64,000 nucleotides of DNA from Kofleriaceae bacterium. Its GTDB lineage: Bacteria > Myxococcota_A > Polyangia > Haliangiales > Haliangiaceae. The stretch spans positions 32,001 to 96,000 of the forward strand of contig CBDCCZ010000049.1 of the NCBI GenBank assembly GCA_965215005.1, read 5' to 3'. Positions 1 through 8,483 of the stretch are shown here, one piece after another; within the stretch, counting starts at the first letter, position 1, and each line of letters opens with the position of its first letter. The position numbers and the translations under genes are program-made. The notes below the pieces were generated by a model that saw only the letters and a list, made by a program, of their open reading frames with translations, searched no databases and had not been told where the DNA came from.

Positions 1-588
1 GTCGTCTTCGATGGAGCGCGAGCCGCGAGTGGGAAAGAGGCCGCCAAAGCCAAAGTAGGACCACTCGGTCGAGGCACGCCGCACCACGCGCAGGCCGTCC
101 ATCTTGACTCCAGCAACGTCGAGCAGAAACTGCCGGCCTACGTAGATGTCGGTCTTGTCGCCGCCGCGCTTGAAATAGAGCTCGCGCAGGTCGTACTCAT
201 TGCCGCCAAACGTGCCGGACTGAAAACGCTCGTCGCCGGTTACCCGGACTCGCGCGTCGGCGTGGAGGTCGTAGCCAGCGCCGCCGATATGGCGAGCATC
301 GAACAGCCCCCGCAGATCGGTGAAGATTCGATTGATGGGGCTGGCGTTCTCAATCTCGACATTGCCCGCGATGATCGGATCGGACAGCCGGCCCGTCTCG
401 CGGTGCAAGAAGGTGGTCGAGGTGAGGCTTCCTTGCACGAGCGTCTCATCGACCTCGTCGGAGACTTTGTCATTGAAAAAGCGGTCGTCTTCCGCGAGCT
501 CCACGTCCTGCGCTGCGGCAAAGCGCCCCCACCCAACGACCGCCACGATACCGACAGTCATCGCAAAGGTTGCGCGCCTCACCGGCAT
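1..588 (-). CDS. Putative outer-membrane beta-barrel (porin-like) protein, 3' end beyond window start (partial)
   Basis: Not in the ORF track; translated by hand. ATG at 588 with GGGAG RBS, open to position 1: MPVRRATFAMTVGIVAVVGWGRFAAAQD... Sec signal peptide, then amphipathic strands such as YDLRELYFKRG, DIYVGRQF, KMDGLRV, WSYFGFGG. Start overlaps the end of the multiheme cytochrome gene. Confidence 0.75.
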   Translation of the reverse strand, partial: MPVRRATFAMTVGIVAVVGWGRFAAAQDVELAEDDRFFNDKVSDEVDETLVQGSLTSTTFLHRETGRLSDPIIAGNVEIENASPINRIFTDLRGLFDARHIGGAGYDLHADARVRVTGDERFQSGTFGGNEYDLRELYFKRGGDKTDIYVGRQFLLDVAGVKMDGLRVVRRASTEWSYFGFGGLFPTRGSRSIEDD

Positions 589-2924
589 ATGGACTCCCTT
601 CCATACGCATTCAACAGCAGGGCGGGCTTCCACGCGTTGGGATTGTGACACGCCGAGCACGTGACGTAGGCGGGACCGGTGTGCGGCGGCGACACGACTT
701 GCATTGCCGAGTCGCGATGGCACGAATAGCAAGTTGGCGATAGTGCGCCAAAGCTGCCGGTCTTATGGCAGTCGTAGCATGGCAGCGTGCGGTGCAATCC
801 AGTGAGATTGCAGCCAACCGTGGTGTGATCGAAGCGCGCTGGCGCAAATGTCCATTGGGTATGGCACTCGCCGCAGCGCGGGGACAGCGAGTTGGAGTGA
901 ATGTCATCTTGACGATGACAATTGATGCAAAAGTTGCCCGAGCCGGCGAGCGGCCGGCTGTCCTTATGGCATCGCTCGCAGGCTAGGCGGTCGTGTGAGC
1001 CGCGCAGCGAGAAATCCCCAACGTCGTGAAGCGCCTGAATCTCAAGCCAACCTTGGGTGGTGTGGCACGTCTCGCAGTTGGTTCCGTATTGCCCAAGATG
1101 CACCTCGGGCTCGGGATGACAGCCAAAGCAGTTGGTCGGTCGTGGCTTGAAGGTGATCGACGGATGGCACTCGCTGCACTTGGTGGTCACGTGCTGGCCG
1201 GTGAGCGGGTAGTCGCTCATCGTGTTGTGGTTGAAGATGTTGTCGCCCGCTTCGGTGTGACAACGCTCGCAGGCATCCCCCAGCTTGCCGAGGTGCGCAT
1301 CGTCTTTGGCGTGACAGCCCTGGGCACTGCACGTGGTGGGGGTGCCGCTGTATTGGCGCGCGGGGTGGCAGTCGGCGCAATCGGGAACGTTCTTGTGCAT
1401 TCCCTTGAGCTCCCACTCGGTATCTTCCGTGTGGTCGAAACGCACCGCCGGCCACTGTCCAGGCGAATGACACCGCGAGCATTGATCACCCAGCGAGCCA
1501 CGATGCAGCGAGTCTTCGTGGCATCGCACGCCACACTCGGCCGGCGTTTCCTTATACACATCGTTGATATGGCACTCGGCGCATTCGACGCCTTTGTGCC
1601 CTAGCACCAACGGGAACCGCGACTTTGGTCCATGGTAGAGCTGCACGCTCTTGGCGGTGAGTGTCACTTGACCGGGGGCTTTGTGACACCGCAGACACTC
1701 GTTATCTTTGAATTCGCGGTCGTGAACGTTGGTGTGCTGATGGCAGCCCATGCAGCCGACCTTCTTGGGATCGAAACGCTCGAATTGCGCTGGGTTCTTG
1801 CCGCGATGGCACTGCCGGCACTCGATCACCGCGTGCTTCCCCGTTAGGTCGAACTGGGTTTGGCGATTGTGATTGAACACGCTCGGCTTCCAGCTCGACG
1901 ACGGATGGCACGTTGAACACTTAGGTGGCGTACCAAATGCTTTAAAGCGATCTTTATGGCGATTGTCATCGGCATGGCAGATCTCGCAGTTGCGATTTGG
2001 CTTGGTTTTGCCGAGCTTCTTGGTGTGGCACTGGTAGCAGGTGAGCTTGGCGTGCTCGCCGCCGAGCGCGAATCTTGTGCGCTGGTCGTGCTCGAAGCGG
2101 ATTTTATCGAGCGAGCGAAACTTGGGCGAATGACACCAGTTGCAATCCTTTTCGCCGAATAGGTGGCCGTCGTGAGGACTGTCGTGGCAGTTGCCGCAAA
2201 AGTCGGGGTCCTTCTTCTTCAGGTTGAACTGCGCCTTGGGATGGCACTTGGCGCAGGATACTTCCTGATGAGAGCCCTCGAGCGGCATCTCCGCGTCTTT
2301 GGGATCGTCATGATTGAAGTCGAGTTGCCTCTTGGTGGGCTTCCACACGCTTTGGGTGTGGCAGCGCGCGCAGTCCATCATCGCCTTTTTATCGAACCCA
2401 TGCGGCTCGTCGCGGTCGTGGCACGACTCACACGACTGGTCTTCACCGAGGAAGGTCCGCAGTCCCTGGACGTTGGTGTTCTTATGACACTCGGCACAGT
2501 CGGTGGCCGCATGCTTGCCTTCGAGCGGCCAGCCGGTGAGCTCATGGTCGAAGCTCTTCATGCCGCCCACTGACTTCCAGCCCATCAAGTCGTACCCGCG
2601 CCCCTTATGCTCTAGATGGCAGGTCTCGCACTTGCGATTGCGCACTTTGGCCGATGCGTGGAAGCCCTCGCCAGCGCGGATGCGCGCCCTTAGATCGTTG
2701 TGATCGTGGCAGTCGAGGCACTTGTCATTGGACAGTCCCTTGCCGCCGGTGTGGCAATCGTTGCAGTGGTCCTGGCCGTCGATCGATGCATGCGAACGAC
2801 TCAGATCGCCCGGCGAGCTGCGCAAGAAGTCATCTTGCGCCCACGCCACGCGCTGGGCCGAGAGCACCGCGACCACCACGACCGCCGCGGCGACCGCTAT
2901 TAGACAAACGCGCCTACGGTACAT
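579..2924 (-). CDS. Exported 30-heme c-type cytochrome (ten triheme repeats)
   Basis: 28 CxxCH + 1 CxxxCH + 1 CxxxxCH counted. Signal peptide MYRRRVCLIAVAAAVVVVAVLSAQRVAWA|QDD. Likely start is ATG 2924 (ORF track starts at 2960). Confidence 0.93.
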   Translation of the reverse strand: MYRRRVCLIAVAAAVVVVAVLSAQRVAWAQDDFLRSSPGDLSRSHASIDGQDHCNDCHTGGKGLSNDKCLDCHDHNDLRARIRAGEGFHASAKVRNRKCETCHLEHKGRGYDLMGWKSVGGMKSFDHELTGWPLEGKHAATDCAECHKNTNVQGLRTFLGEDQSCESCHDRDEPHGFDKKAMMDCARCHTQSVWKPTKRQLDFNHDDPKDAEMPLEGSHQEVSCAKCHPKAQFNLKKKDPDFCGNCHDSPHDGHLFGEKDCNWCHSPKFRSLDKIRFEHDQRTRFALGGEHAKLTCYQCHTKKLGKTKPNRNCEICHADDNRHKDRFKAFGTPPKCSTCHPSSSWKPSVFNHNRQTQFDLTGKHAVIECRQCHRGKNPAQFERFDPKKVGCMGCHQHTNVHDREFKDNECLRCHKAPGQVTLTAKSVQLYHGPKSRFPLVLGHKGVECAECHINDVYKETPAECGVRCHEDSLHRGSLGDQCSRCHSPGQWPAVRFDHTEDTEWELKGMHKNVPDCADCHPARQYSGTPTTCSAQGCHAKDDAHLGKLGDACERCHTEAGDNIFNHNTMSDYPLTGQHVTTKCSECHPSITFKPRPTNCFGCHPEPEVHLGQYGTNCETCHTTQGWLEIQALHDVGDFSLRGSHDRLACERCHKDSRPLAGSGNFCINCHRQDDIHSNSLSPRCGECHTQWTFAPARFDHTTVGCNLTGLHRTLPCYDCHKTGSFGALSPTCYSCHRDSAMQVVSPPHTGPAYVTCSACHNPNAWKPALLLNAYGRESICR

Positions 2925-2937
2925 GGCTCGAGCCAGT

Positions 2938-5130
2938 CTACATCGAGTACTGGAAGGCAACCCAGATGTGGACCGCAGAGATGAGCACCATGATGACAGT
3001 AAACGGCACGTGCACCTTCTTCCATGAGTGTAGGAGAAGCTGCGCGCGCGGAACCAACACCCTGCGGCGCTCGATCAACATCGCTCGTCCAAGACGCCCG
3101 ACCAGCTCGCGACGTACGCGGCGCGGCGCCGATGTACCACCAATGCGCGCGCGCCTGCGAAGCCAACGCACAGGTCGTTTGAGGTCCTGGAGAATGATCC
3201 ACATCAGCGCGCCCATGATTCCCGAGCTGTCGGCAACCTGCTGCGCATTGGCGCGGTGCGCTTTGAGCTCCGCTTCCGCTTCCGCCGCGGCCGCTGGATG
3301 GTCGGCGCGAAGGCGCGCGAACGCGCGCTGGATTTCCAGCTCCTCGAGCTCGCGCCCATTCAAAAGGTCGGGCACCTGCGTATAGAGATAGCGGCCGATG
3401 ACACCGGACACCACGACGATGACCATGCTCCAAAACGCCGCCGACACCCAATTGTCGAGCTTGAGTGCCGAGTGCAGCAAGATGAACAGCGGACCGACGG
3501 TGCCGGCCATCATGTGAAAGTCGAACCACATCGTGTTAGACGCCAGCCACCGAAAGGCTCGCATCCGCCGAAACATCGGATAGATCGCCGCGATGGCCAT
3601 GAGCCCGGTGCCGAAGTAACCGCACCACACGGCGAGCTCCATGCCCGCGCGATAATCGATGCGCTCGACCAGCGCCGCCATCGGCATCCCGGCAAAGCGC
3701 GGGTCGTGACGCAGCATCAGATACTGCAGCGAGCTCTTGGGTACATACAGCCTGAGCGCGATCTCGAGGAGCGCGAGCATCCAAGCCGCGAGACCAATGC
3801 CCCACATGACCACGGGGCCGACGCGGCCACGGCGAGTCTTGGCCAGGCCGGCATCGCGAACGCCGACGCCGCGGGTGAACGGCTCGGTGGGCAAGACCTC
3901 GACGTCGCGCAGCGACACTTCTTGGTCGTAGCCCGACTTGGCAACTGCCATCTGCGCTTGCGAGCGCTCGCGAAACAGCTCACCGGCGTCGATCTCGATG
4001 AGCGCGCCGGTTGGACACGCCGAAACACACGCCTGATCGCGGTAACTGGCGCAGTGGTCGCACTTGTTGGCAACGCGCCTGGGACGGGCGATCCGCGGCT
4101 TGCCGGCGCCAAAGGCCAGTGAGCCATCCGCCTCGAGGCGCAGCTTGAAGTCCTCGCGATACGTCGGATGCTGAGGATCTTCGACGTCGACCATCTCGAT
4201 GGCGTGGTACGGACACGACTGGGCGCACAGCGTGCAACCGGTGCACGAGGCCTCGTTGATCACCACCTGCTCGAGCTCTGGATCGTAGCGAATCGAGTCG
4301 TACTCGCAGGGATCGACGCAGCGCTGATCGACGCAGGTGCGGCACGTGAAAACGAAATCCAGCATGCCGAGCTGATAGCCGCCCAAGGTGAGCCGCCGAG
4401 AGCCGTAACGCTCCTCGCAGGCTTCTTCGCATTGCTTGCAGTCGATACAGCGATCGAGCTGGCGCACGCGCACGATCGGCCCTGCGACCGAGATGCCGTG
4501 ACGCACGAAGAAGTCGAGGATCTCCTGCTTGACGCCGGTGATGTCGTGCAGCCGCTGTCGGCTGATGGTGATCGCGCGGCGAAAGCGCGCTTCGAAAAAC
4601 GGAAAGCGCACCGCGAACTCGGCCAGCGTGCTCGGCGCGATGGCCGCGAGCTCGGTGGGCGCGGTGGTGAAGAAGGCGGTCGGGAAGCCGTCGGCAGCAC
4701 TCACCGCGGCGCTGTTGAACAGATCACCGGGAAGAAAGGCAGCGACGTTTTTCTTCGCGACCCGCGCCAAGGCCGGCGGTCGCAAGAGCGACAGCTCTTC
4801 GCGCTGTTTGGCGCTCATCGTCGCGATGCGCTCCTGCAGAGCTCGGCGCTCAGCGAGCTCTGCGCCATCGAAAACGCCTGCCGCTACCTGGCCTTCAGCA
4901 ACGAACAGCACCGGCGCCAAGCCGTTGAATCCGGTGAGCGGGTCGGCAATCAAGTGATCCCGTTCGTAGACGGCGCGACGAATGCCACCGGAGGCGATCG
5001 CCGCGGAAAGATCAGCATTGGGAATGCCGTCGAAGATGTTGAGGCGGCGGAGCTGCGCGTAGTCCGCTTCGGCCGGTGCTAGCATGGAGCGCTCGCGGGA
5101 CGCGCCGCTGTCTACAACCAATTCGCTCAT
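2938..5130 (-). CDS. cNMP-binding-like domain + DmsB/NrfC-type 4x[4Fe-4S] ferredoxin + ferric-reductase-like di-heme b membrane domain fusion
   Basis: Four Cys groups (CIDCKQCEEAC, CRTCVDQRCVDPC, CTGCTLCAQSCP, CDHC-x7-CVSACP). About 5 TM helices with two H-x13-H pairs. N-terminal LRRLNIFDG...FVAEGQV...PGDLF resembles a cNMP fold. Likely start MSELVV at 5130. Confidence 0.82.
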   Translation of the reverse strand: MSELVVDSGASRERSMLAPAEADYAQLRRLNIFDGIPNADLSAAIASGGIRRAVYERDHLIADPLTGFNGLAPVLFVAEGQVAAGVFDGAELAERRALQERIATMSAKQREELSLLRPPALARVAKKNVAAFLPGDLFNSAAVSAADGFPTAFFTTAPTELAAIAPSTLAEFAVRFPFFEARFRRAITISRQRLHDITGVKQEILDFFVRHGISVAGPIVRVRQLDRCIDCKQCEEACEERYGSRRLTLGGYQLGMLDFVFTCRTCVDQRCVDPCEYDSIRYDPELEQVVINEASCTGCTLCAQSCPYHAIEMVDVEDPQHPTYREDFKLRLEADGSLAFGAGKPRIARPRRVANKCDHCASYRDQACVSACPTGALIEIDAGELFRERSQAQMAVAKSGYDQEVSLRDVEVLPTEPFTRGVGVRDAGLAKTRRGRVGPVVMWGIGLAAWMLALLEIALRLYVPKSSLQYLMLRHDPRFAGMPMAALVERIDYRAGMELAVWCGYFGTGLMAIAAIYPMFRRMRAFRWLASNTMWFDFHMMAGTVGPLFILLHSALKLDNWVSAAFWSMVIVVVSGVIGRYLYTQVPDLLNGRELEELEIQRAFARLRADHPAAAAEAEAELKAHRANAQQVADSSGIMGALMWIILQDLKRPVRWLRRRARIGGTSAPRRVRRELVGRLGRAMLIERRRVLVPRAQLLLHSWKKVHVPFTVIMVLISAVHIWVAFQYSM

Positions 5131-5151
5131 CTCGCGGCTTTTCGAGCCTCC

Positions 5152-5805
5152 ATGTTGAACTTCGATAGACGGCACCGCGGCGGAAGCCAAGCAAGCCTCG
5201 CGCCCAACCCCTCTAACCGCCAATCAGGATGCAATTCTAGCAGCTTGAGCACCGATGATGGGAGACCCCCAGACGCCAATCGGGGTCCTCGCCCCCAGCG
5301 ATGGCGGGCCCTGGCGGTGGTCCTCGGACAGCTCGCGCTCACGTGCGTCTTGCTCGCACCTGGCACTGCCGCGGCCGAGGAGCTGGCCTCCACCGCCAAC
5401 CTCGATGGCACCTACATCGGGCTCGGCCCGGTCGCCAGCGCACTCTGGATCGACGGCGAAGTCGATGGCGCGTTTGGCGGCGAAGCGAGCCTTCTCCGCA
5501 TTCGCGAGCACGCCGCCCTCACCGCCGTGGGCGCGTGGGTGGGCGGCTACAAGTACAGTGAGCGCAACGGTGGTCGGGTGTGGCTCGAGCTGCTCTTCGG
5601 CATCAGCACGCCGCTGGTGCCGATCGGAGTGGCGCTGGGGCCCACCATCGAGCCACGGGAGCTCGGCGCGGCTCGCGTAGGCGGTCAGCTGTCCGTGTGG
5701 CTGTTCGCGGGGGCGCTGCCATATGTGCGCGTGGCGACTTTCGATCGGGGGCCAACGGTGTTAGAAGTGGGACTTCGGGTCACACTCCCGGCGATTGAAT
5801 TGTGA
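5152..5805 (+). CDS. Hypothetical exported protein, possible small outer-membrane beta-barrel (true start probably downstream of 5152)
   Basis: Signal-like segment [24 protein letters not shown] followed by Gly/aromatic alternating strands. Ends just before the tRNA promoter. Confidence 0.55.
   Translation: MLNFDRRHRGGSQASLAPNPSNRQSGCNSSSLSTDDGRPPDANRGPRPQRWRALAVVLGQLALTCVLLAPGTAAAEELASTANLDGTYIGLGPVASALWIDGEVDGAFGGEASLLRIREHAALTAVGAWVGGYKYSERNGGRVWLELLFGISTPLVPIGVALGPTIEPRELGAARVGGQLSVWLFAGALPYVRVATFDRGPTVLEVGLRVTLPAIEL
5190..5205 (-). promoter_or_regulatory. Candidate sigma54 (-24/-12) promoter for the FeS-cytochrome-porin operon
   Basis: Minus strand reads GGGCGCGAGGCTTGCT, i.e. GG-N10-GC with TTGCT, matching TGGCACG-N4-TTGCW, about 60 nt upstream of ATG 5130. 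Confidence 0.5.
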
Positions 5806-5866
5806 TCTCATCCACGTCGTCGTGGTGACGGAATGGATGGGCAGCAGAAAGATCGCGATTCCGCTG

Positions 5867-5895
5867 TTGACAGAAATCCCGTCTGGGGATACCTC
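5867..5895 (+). promoter_or_regulatory. sigma70-type promoter for tRNA-Pro
   Basis: TTGACA at 5867-5872, 17-nt spacer, then TACCTC, just upstream of the tRNA. Confidence 0.5.
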
Positions 5896-5912
5896 GTATT
5901 TCGCTGTTTATT

Positions 5913-5989
5913 CGGGGCGTAGCGCAGTCTGGTAGCGCGCCTGGTTCGGGACCAGGAAGCCGGAGGTTCAAATCCTCTCGCCCCGACCA
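5913..5989 (+). tRNA. tRNA-Pro (CGG)
   Basis: CGGGGCG acceptor stem, anticodon arm CCTGG-TTCGGGA-CCAGG, TTCAAAT T-loop, encoded CCA, followed by a T-run. Confidence 0.97.
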
Positions 5990-6034
5990 TTTTTTTGATG
6001 GGATAGTTTTGCGCCCGAGGCCGAGGGGAGACGG

Positions 6035-6664
6035 GTGGGTACGCCGGTTCCGTCGCGAGAGAGGGAGATCCATCAGCTCAACATCCTAGTCGTCGATGAC
6101 GACCGGGACGTCTGCGAGTACCTCCAGGACTTCTTGACGTCCGAGGGGTACATGGTGACGGTCGTCAACGACCCCACCCGCGCGCTGGAGGCGATGAAGA
6201 GCGACGAGTTCCACGTGGTGGTGCTCGACTTGATGATGCCCAAGCTTTCCGGCATCGATCTGCTCACCCAGATTCGCCAGGTCGATGACGATATCGCGGT
6301 GATCATCCTCACCGGCTATCCCAGCCTCGAAACAGCTACGTCCTCCATCGAGCACGACGTCTCGGCCTACATCCGCAAGCCGTTCACCATCAATGAGTTC
6401 CGCGACGCGATCGTTCGCATCGCGAAAAAAAAGGGACTCATTCTGCGCCGCGAGGACGAGCTGCACGCGACCATCGGGCGCAGCATTCGCGAGCTACGCA
6501 AGGCGCGCGGCCTCACTCTCAAGCAGATGTCGCGCCGCACCAAGCTGTCGGTGTCGCTGCTTTCGCAGATCGAACGTGCCGAGTCTTCGGCATCGGTGTC
6601 GTCGCTCTTCAAAGTCGCCACCGCTCTCGACGTTCGCATCACCGAGCTGTTCGGGCCGTTCTAA
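6035..6664 (+). CDS. digR: Response regulator with receiver + XRE-type HTH (DigR-like)
   Basis: ILVVDDD...LDLMMP...KPF receiver, plus [30 protein letters not shown]. This is the architecture of myxobacterial DigR. Confidence 0.8.
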   Translation: MGTPVPSREREIHQLNILVVDDDRDVCEYLQDFLTSEGYMVTVVNDPTRALEAMKSDEFHVVVLDLMMPKLSGIDLLTQIRQVDDDIAVIILTGYPSLETATSSIEHDVSAYIRKPFTINEFRDAIVRIAKKKGLILRREDELHATIGRSIRELRKARGLTLKQMSRRTKLSVSLLSQIERAESSASVSSLFKVATALDVRITELFGPF

Positions 6665-6718
6665 ACCCTTGCGCTAGTCGCGCCGCAGGTGGCCCAGCGC
6701 GCCGCGCGGCGAAGGCGC

Positions 6719-7387
6719 CTAGCGAGCCGCTTCGGCGCGGCGGCGCATTTCGGCGATTACGCTAGCGTAGTCGCTGGCGCCGAAGATGCCGCTGCCCGAG
6801 ACCACCACGTTGGCTCCCGCTGCAACTACCTGCGCGACGTTTTCGGTCTTGATCCCGCCGTCGACCTCGATGTCGATCTCGAGCCCTCGCCGATCGATCT
6901 CCGTGCGGAGCGCGGTGATCTTGGGGAGCACCGCATCGATGAACGCTTGGCCGCCAAAGCCGGGATTGACGCTCATGATGAGCACCATGCTGAGCTCATC
7001 GAGCACGTACTGAAGTCCCTCGAGCCCCGTCGCCGGATTGATGACCACGCACGGCTTCTTGCCCAACGCCGCGATCGCTTGAATGCTGCGGTGCAAGTGC
7101 GGGCTCGCTTCGACGTGCACTCCGATAACGTCGGCACCGGCCTCGGCAAACGCCTCAAGGTAGCGATCGGCGTTTTCGATCATCAAGTGCACGTCGAGCG
7201 GCTTGTCGGTCGCGGCGCGGACCGCCTTCACCACCGCAGGACCGATGGTGATGTTGGGAACGAAGTGGCCGTCCATGACGTCGACGTGAATGTAATCGGC
7301 GCCGGCCGCGGTGATTGCCGATACTTCGTCGGCGAGGCGACCAAAGTCGGCGCTGAGGATGGAGGGGGCGATGCGGATCGGTCTCAC
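6719..7387 (-). CDS. rpe: Ribulose-phosphate 3-epimerase
   Basis: [32 protein letters not shown] and VDGGI motifs. Confidence 0.97.
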   Translation of the reverse strand: MRPIRIAPSILSADFGRLADEVSAITAAGADYIHVDVMDGHFVPNITIGPAVVKAVRAATDKPLDVHLMIENADRYLEAFAEAGADVIGVHVEASPHLHRSIQAIAALGKKPCVVINPATGLEGLQYVLDELSMVLIMSVNPGFGGQAFIDAVLPKITALRTEIDRRGLEIDIEVDGGIKTENVAQVVAAGANVVVSGSGIFGASDYASVIAEMRRRAEAAR

Positions 7388-7713
7388 GCGCGCACTCTAG
7401 CCACTGCCGCGGCACGATAACAGCCGCGAACTGCGATCAAGGTATCAATCCCACCGCGCGCGCACCGCGCCGCCGCATCCTGGCGTTCGTCATGGATGAT
7501 CTCGTGGCGGTGCCATCGCCAGAAGCCTTCACCGCAAGCCGTTGCCGCCCCCCGACAGGTGAGTGGTTGCGGCAACGGGAATGCGGCCGACCGCTGTGCG
7601 TCCGACGCCCTGCTCCTAGTGGTCTCTCCAAAGCCAACGCCTTCGCCACCTATGGTGACTGTTGCTTTCGCCGTAAACCACTCGTGGCACACGACTGGCA
7701 AACGGGCCTGTAT

Positions 7714-8379
7714 ATGAACCACCTGAGCACGTTCACGATCGCGTTCCTCATCATCCTTCCGCTCGTAGGATGCGTGGAGGAGCCGCTCGACGATCCGGAG
7801 CACTCTCCTACGAGCGAGACCGATGGCCGTGACGGCAACAGCGCCGGCGACGACACCGACAATGACGGCAACACCTCGGGCGACGCGGGCGACAGTGGCG
7901 GCAACGATTCCGACGACGATGGTGACAGTGACGTCGGCAACGGTGACTATCGCCATGGTGACGTCCTGGTTCGCGAGCTCACCCCTGCCCAGGCAGTCGA
8001 GACGTGTGAAGATGCCGCGGGGCTCCTGGCGGCCTCCCGCACTCGGGAGCGCTTCCGTTTCGAATGTCTCCTCGCGACCGAGGCCAGCGGCGAGTGTAGC
8101 CCGGAAGAGGTGGATGCCTGCGTCGAGGACGCGGTGCAGTTCTACGCCAACGCGCCGGAGCCGGTCTGTTCCCTCACGGGAGAAGGCGAGCACCTGGCGC
8201 GCTGCAATGCCACGGTGAACGAGGTCGTTGCCTGCCAGACGTCGGTTACCCTTGGAATCGCGCTGATCGGGTTCTCCGCCACCTGCGACACCATCCAGGA
8301 GCGCCTGAGCAACGCGGGCCCGTACGCGGCCTGCGAGGCATTGGCACCGGTCTGCCCGGACTGGGCCAGGATCTTCTGA
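7714..8379 (+). CDS. Cys-rich lipoprotein with Asp/Gly low-complexity linker
   Basis: ATG 7714 MNHLSTFTIAFLIILPLVG|C lipobox, DG-rich linker, then a domain with about 10 Cys. Confidence 0.7.
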   Translation: MNHLSTFTIAFLIILPLVGCVEEPLDDPEHSPTSETDGRDGNSAGDDTDNDGNTSGDAGDSGGNDSDDDGDSDVGNGDYRHGDVLVRELTPAQAVETCEDAAGLLAASRTRERFRFECLLATEASGECSPEEVDACVEDAVQFYANAPEPVCSLTGEGEHLARCNATVNEVVACQTSVTLGIALIGFSATCDTIQERLSNAGPYAACEALAPVCPDWARIF

Positions 8380-8483
8380 TCCCACCGCCAACGATCACGA
8401 TAACGCCCGGAAGCTCGTCGTGCACGCGAGGCAGGTGCGACCGGGCATGCAGCACCTCGACATTTAAACGTTCGACAGCGTCG

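Noticed and set aside
5913..6034. tRNA-Pro as a prophage or island integration site
   Set aside because: No integrase and no duplicated tRNA 3' end seen in the window; flanking genes are chromosomal.
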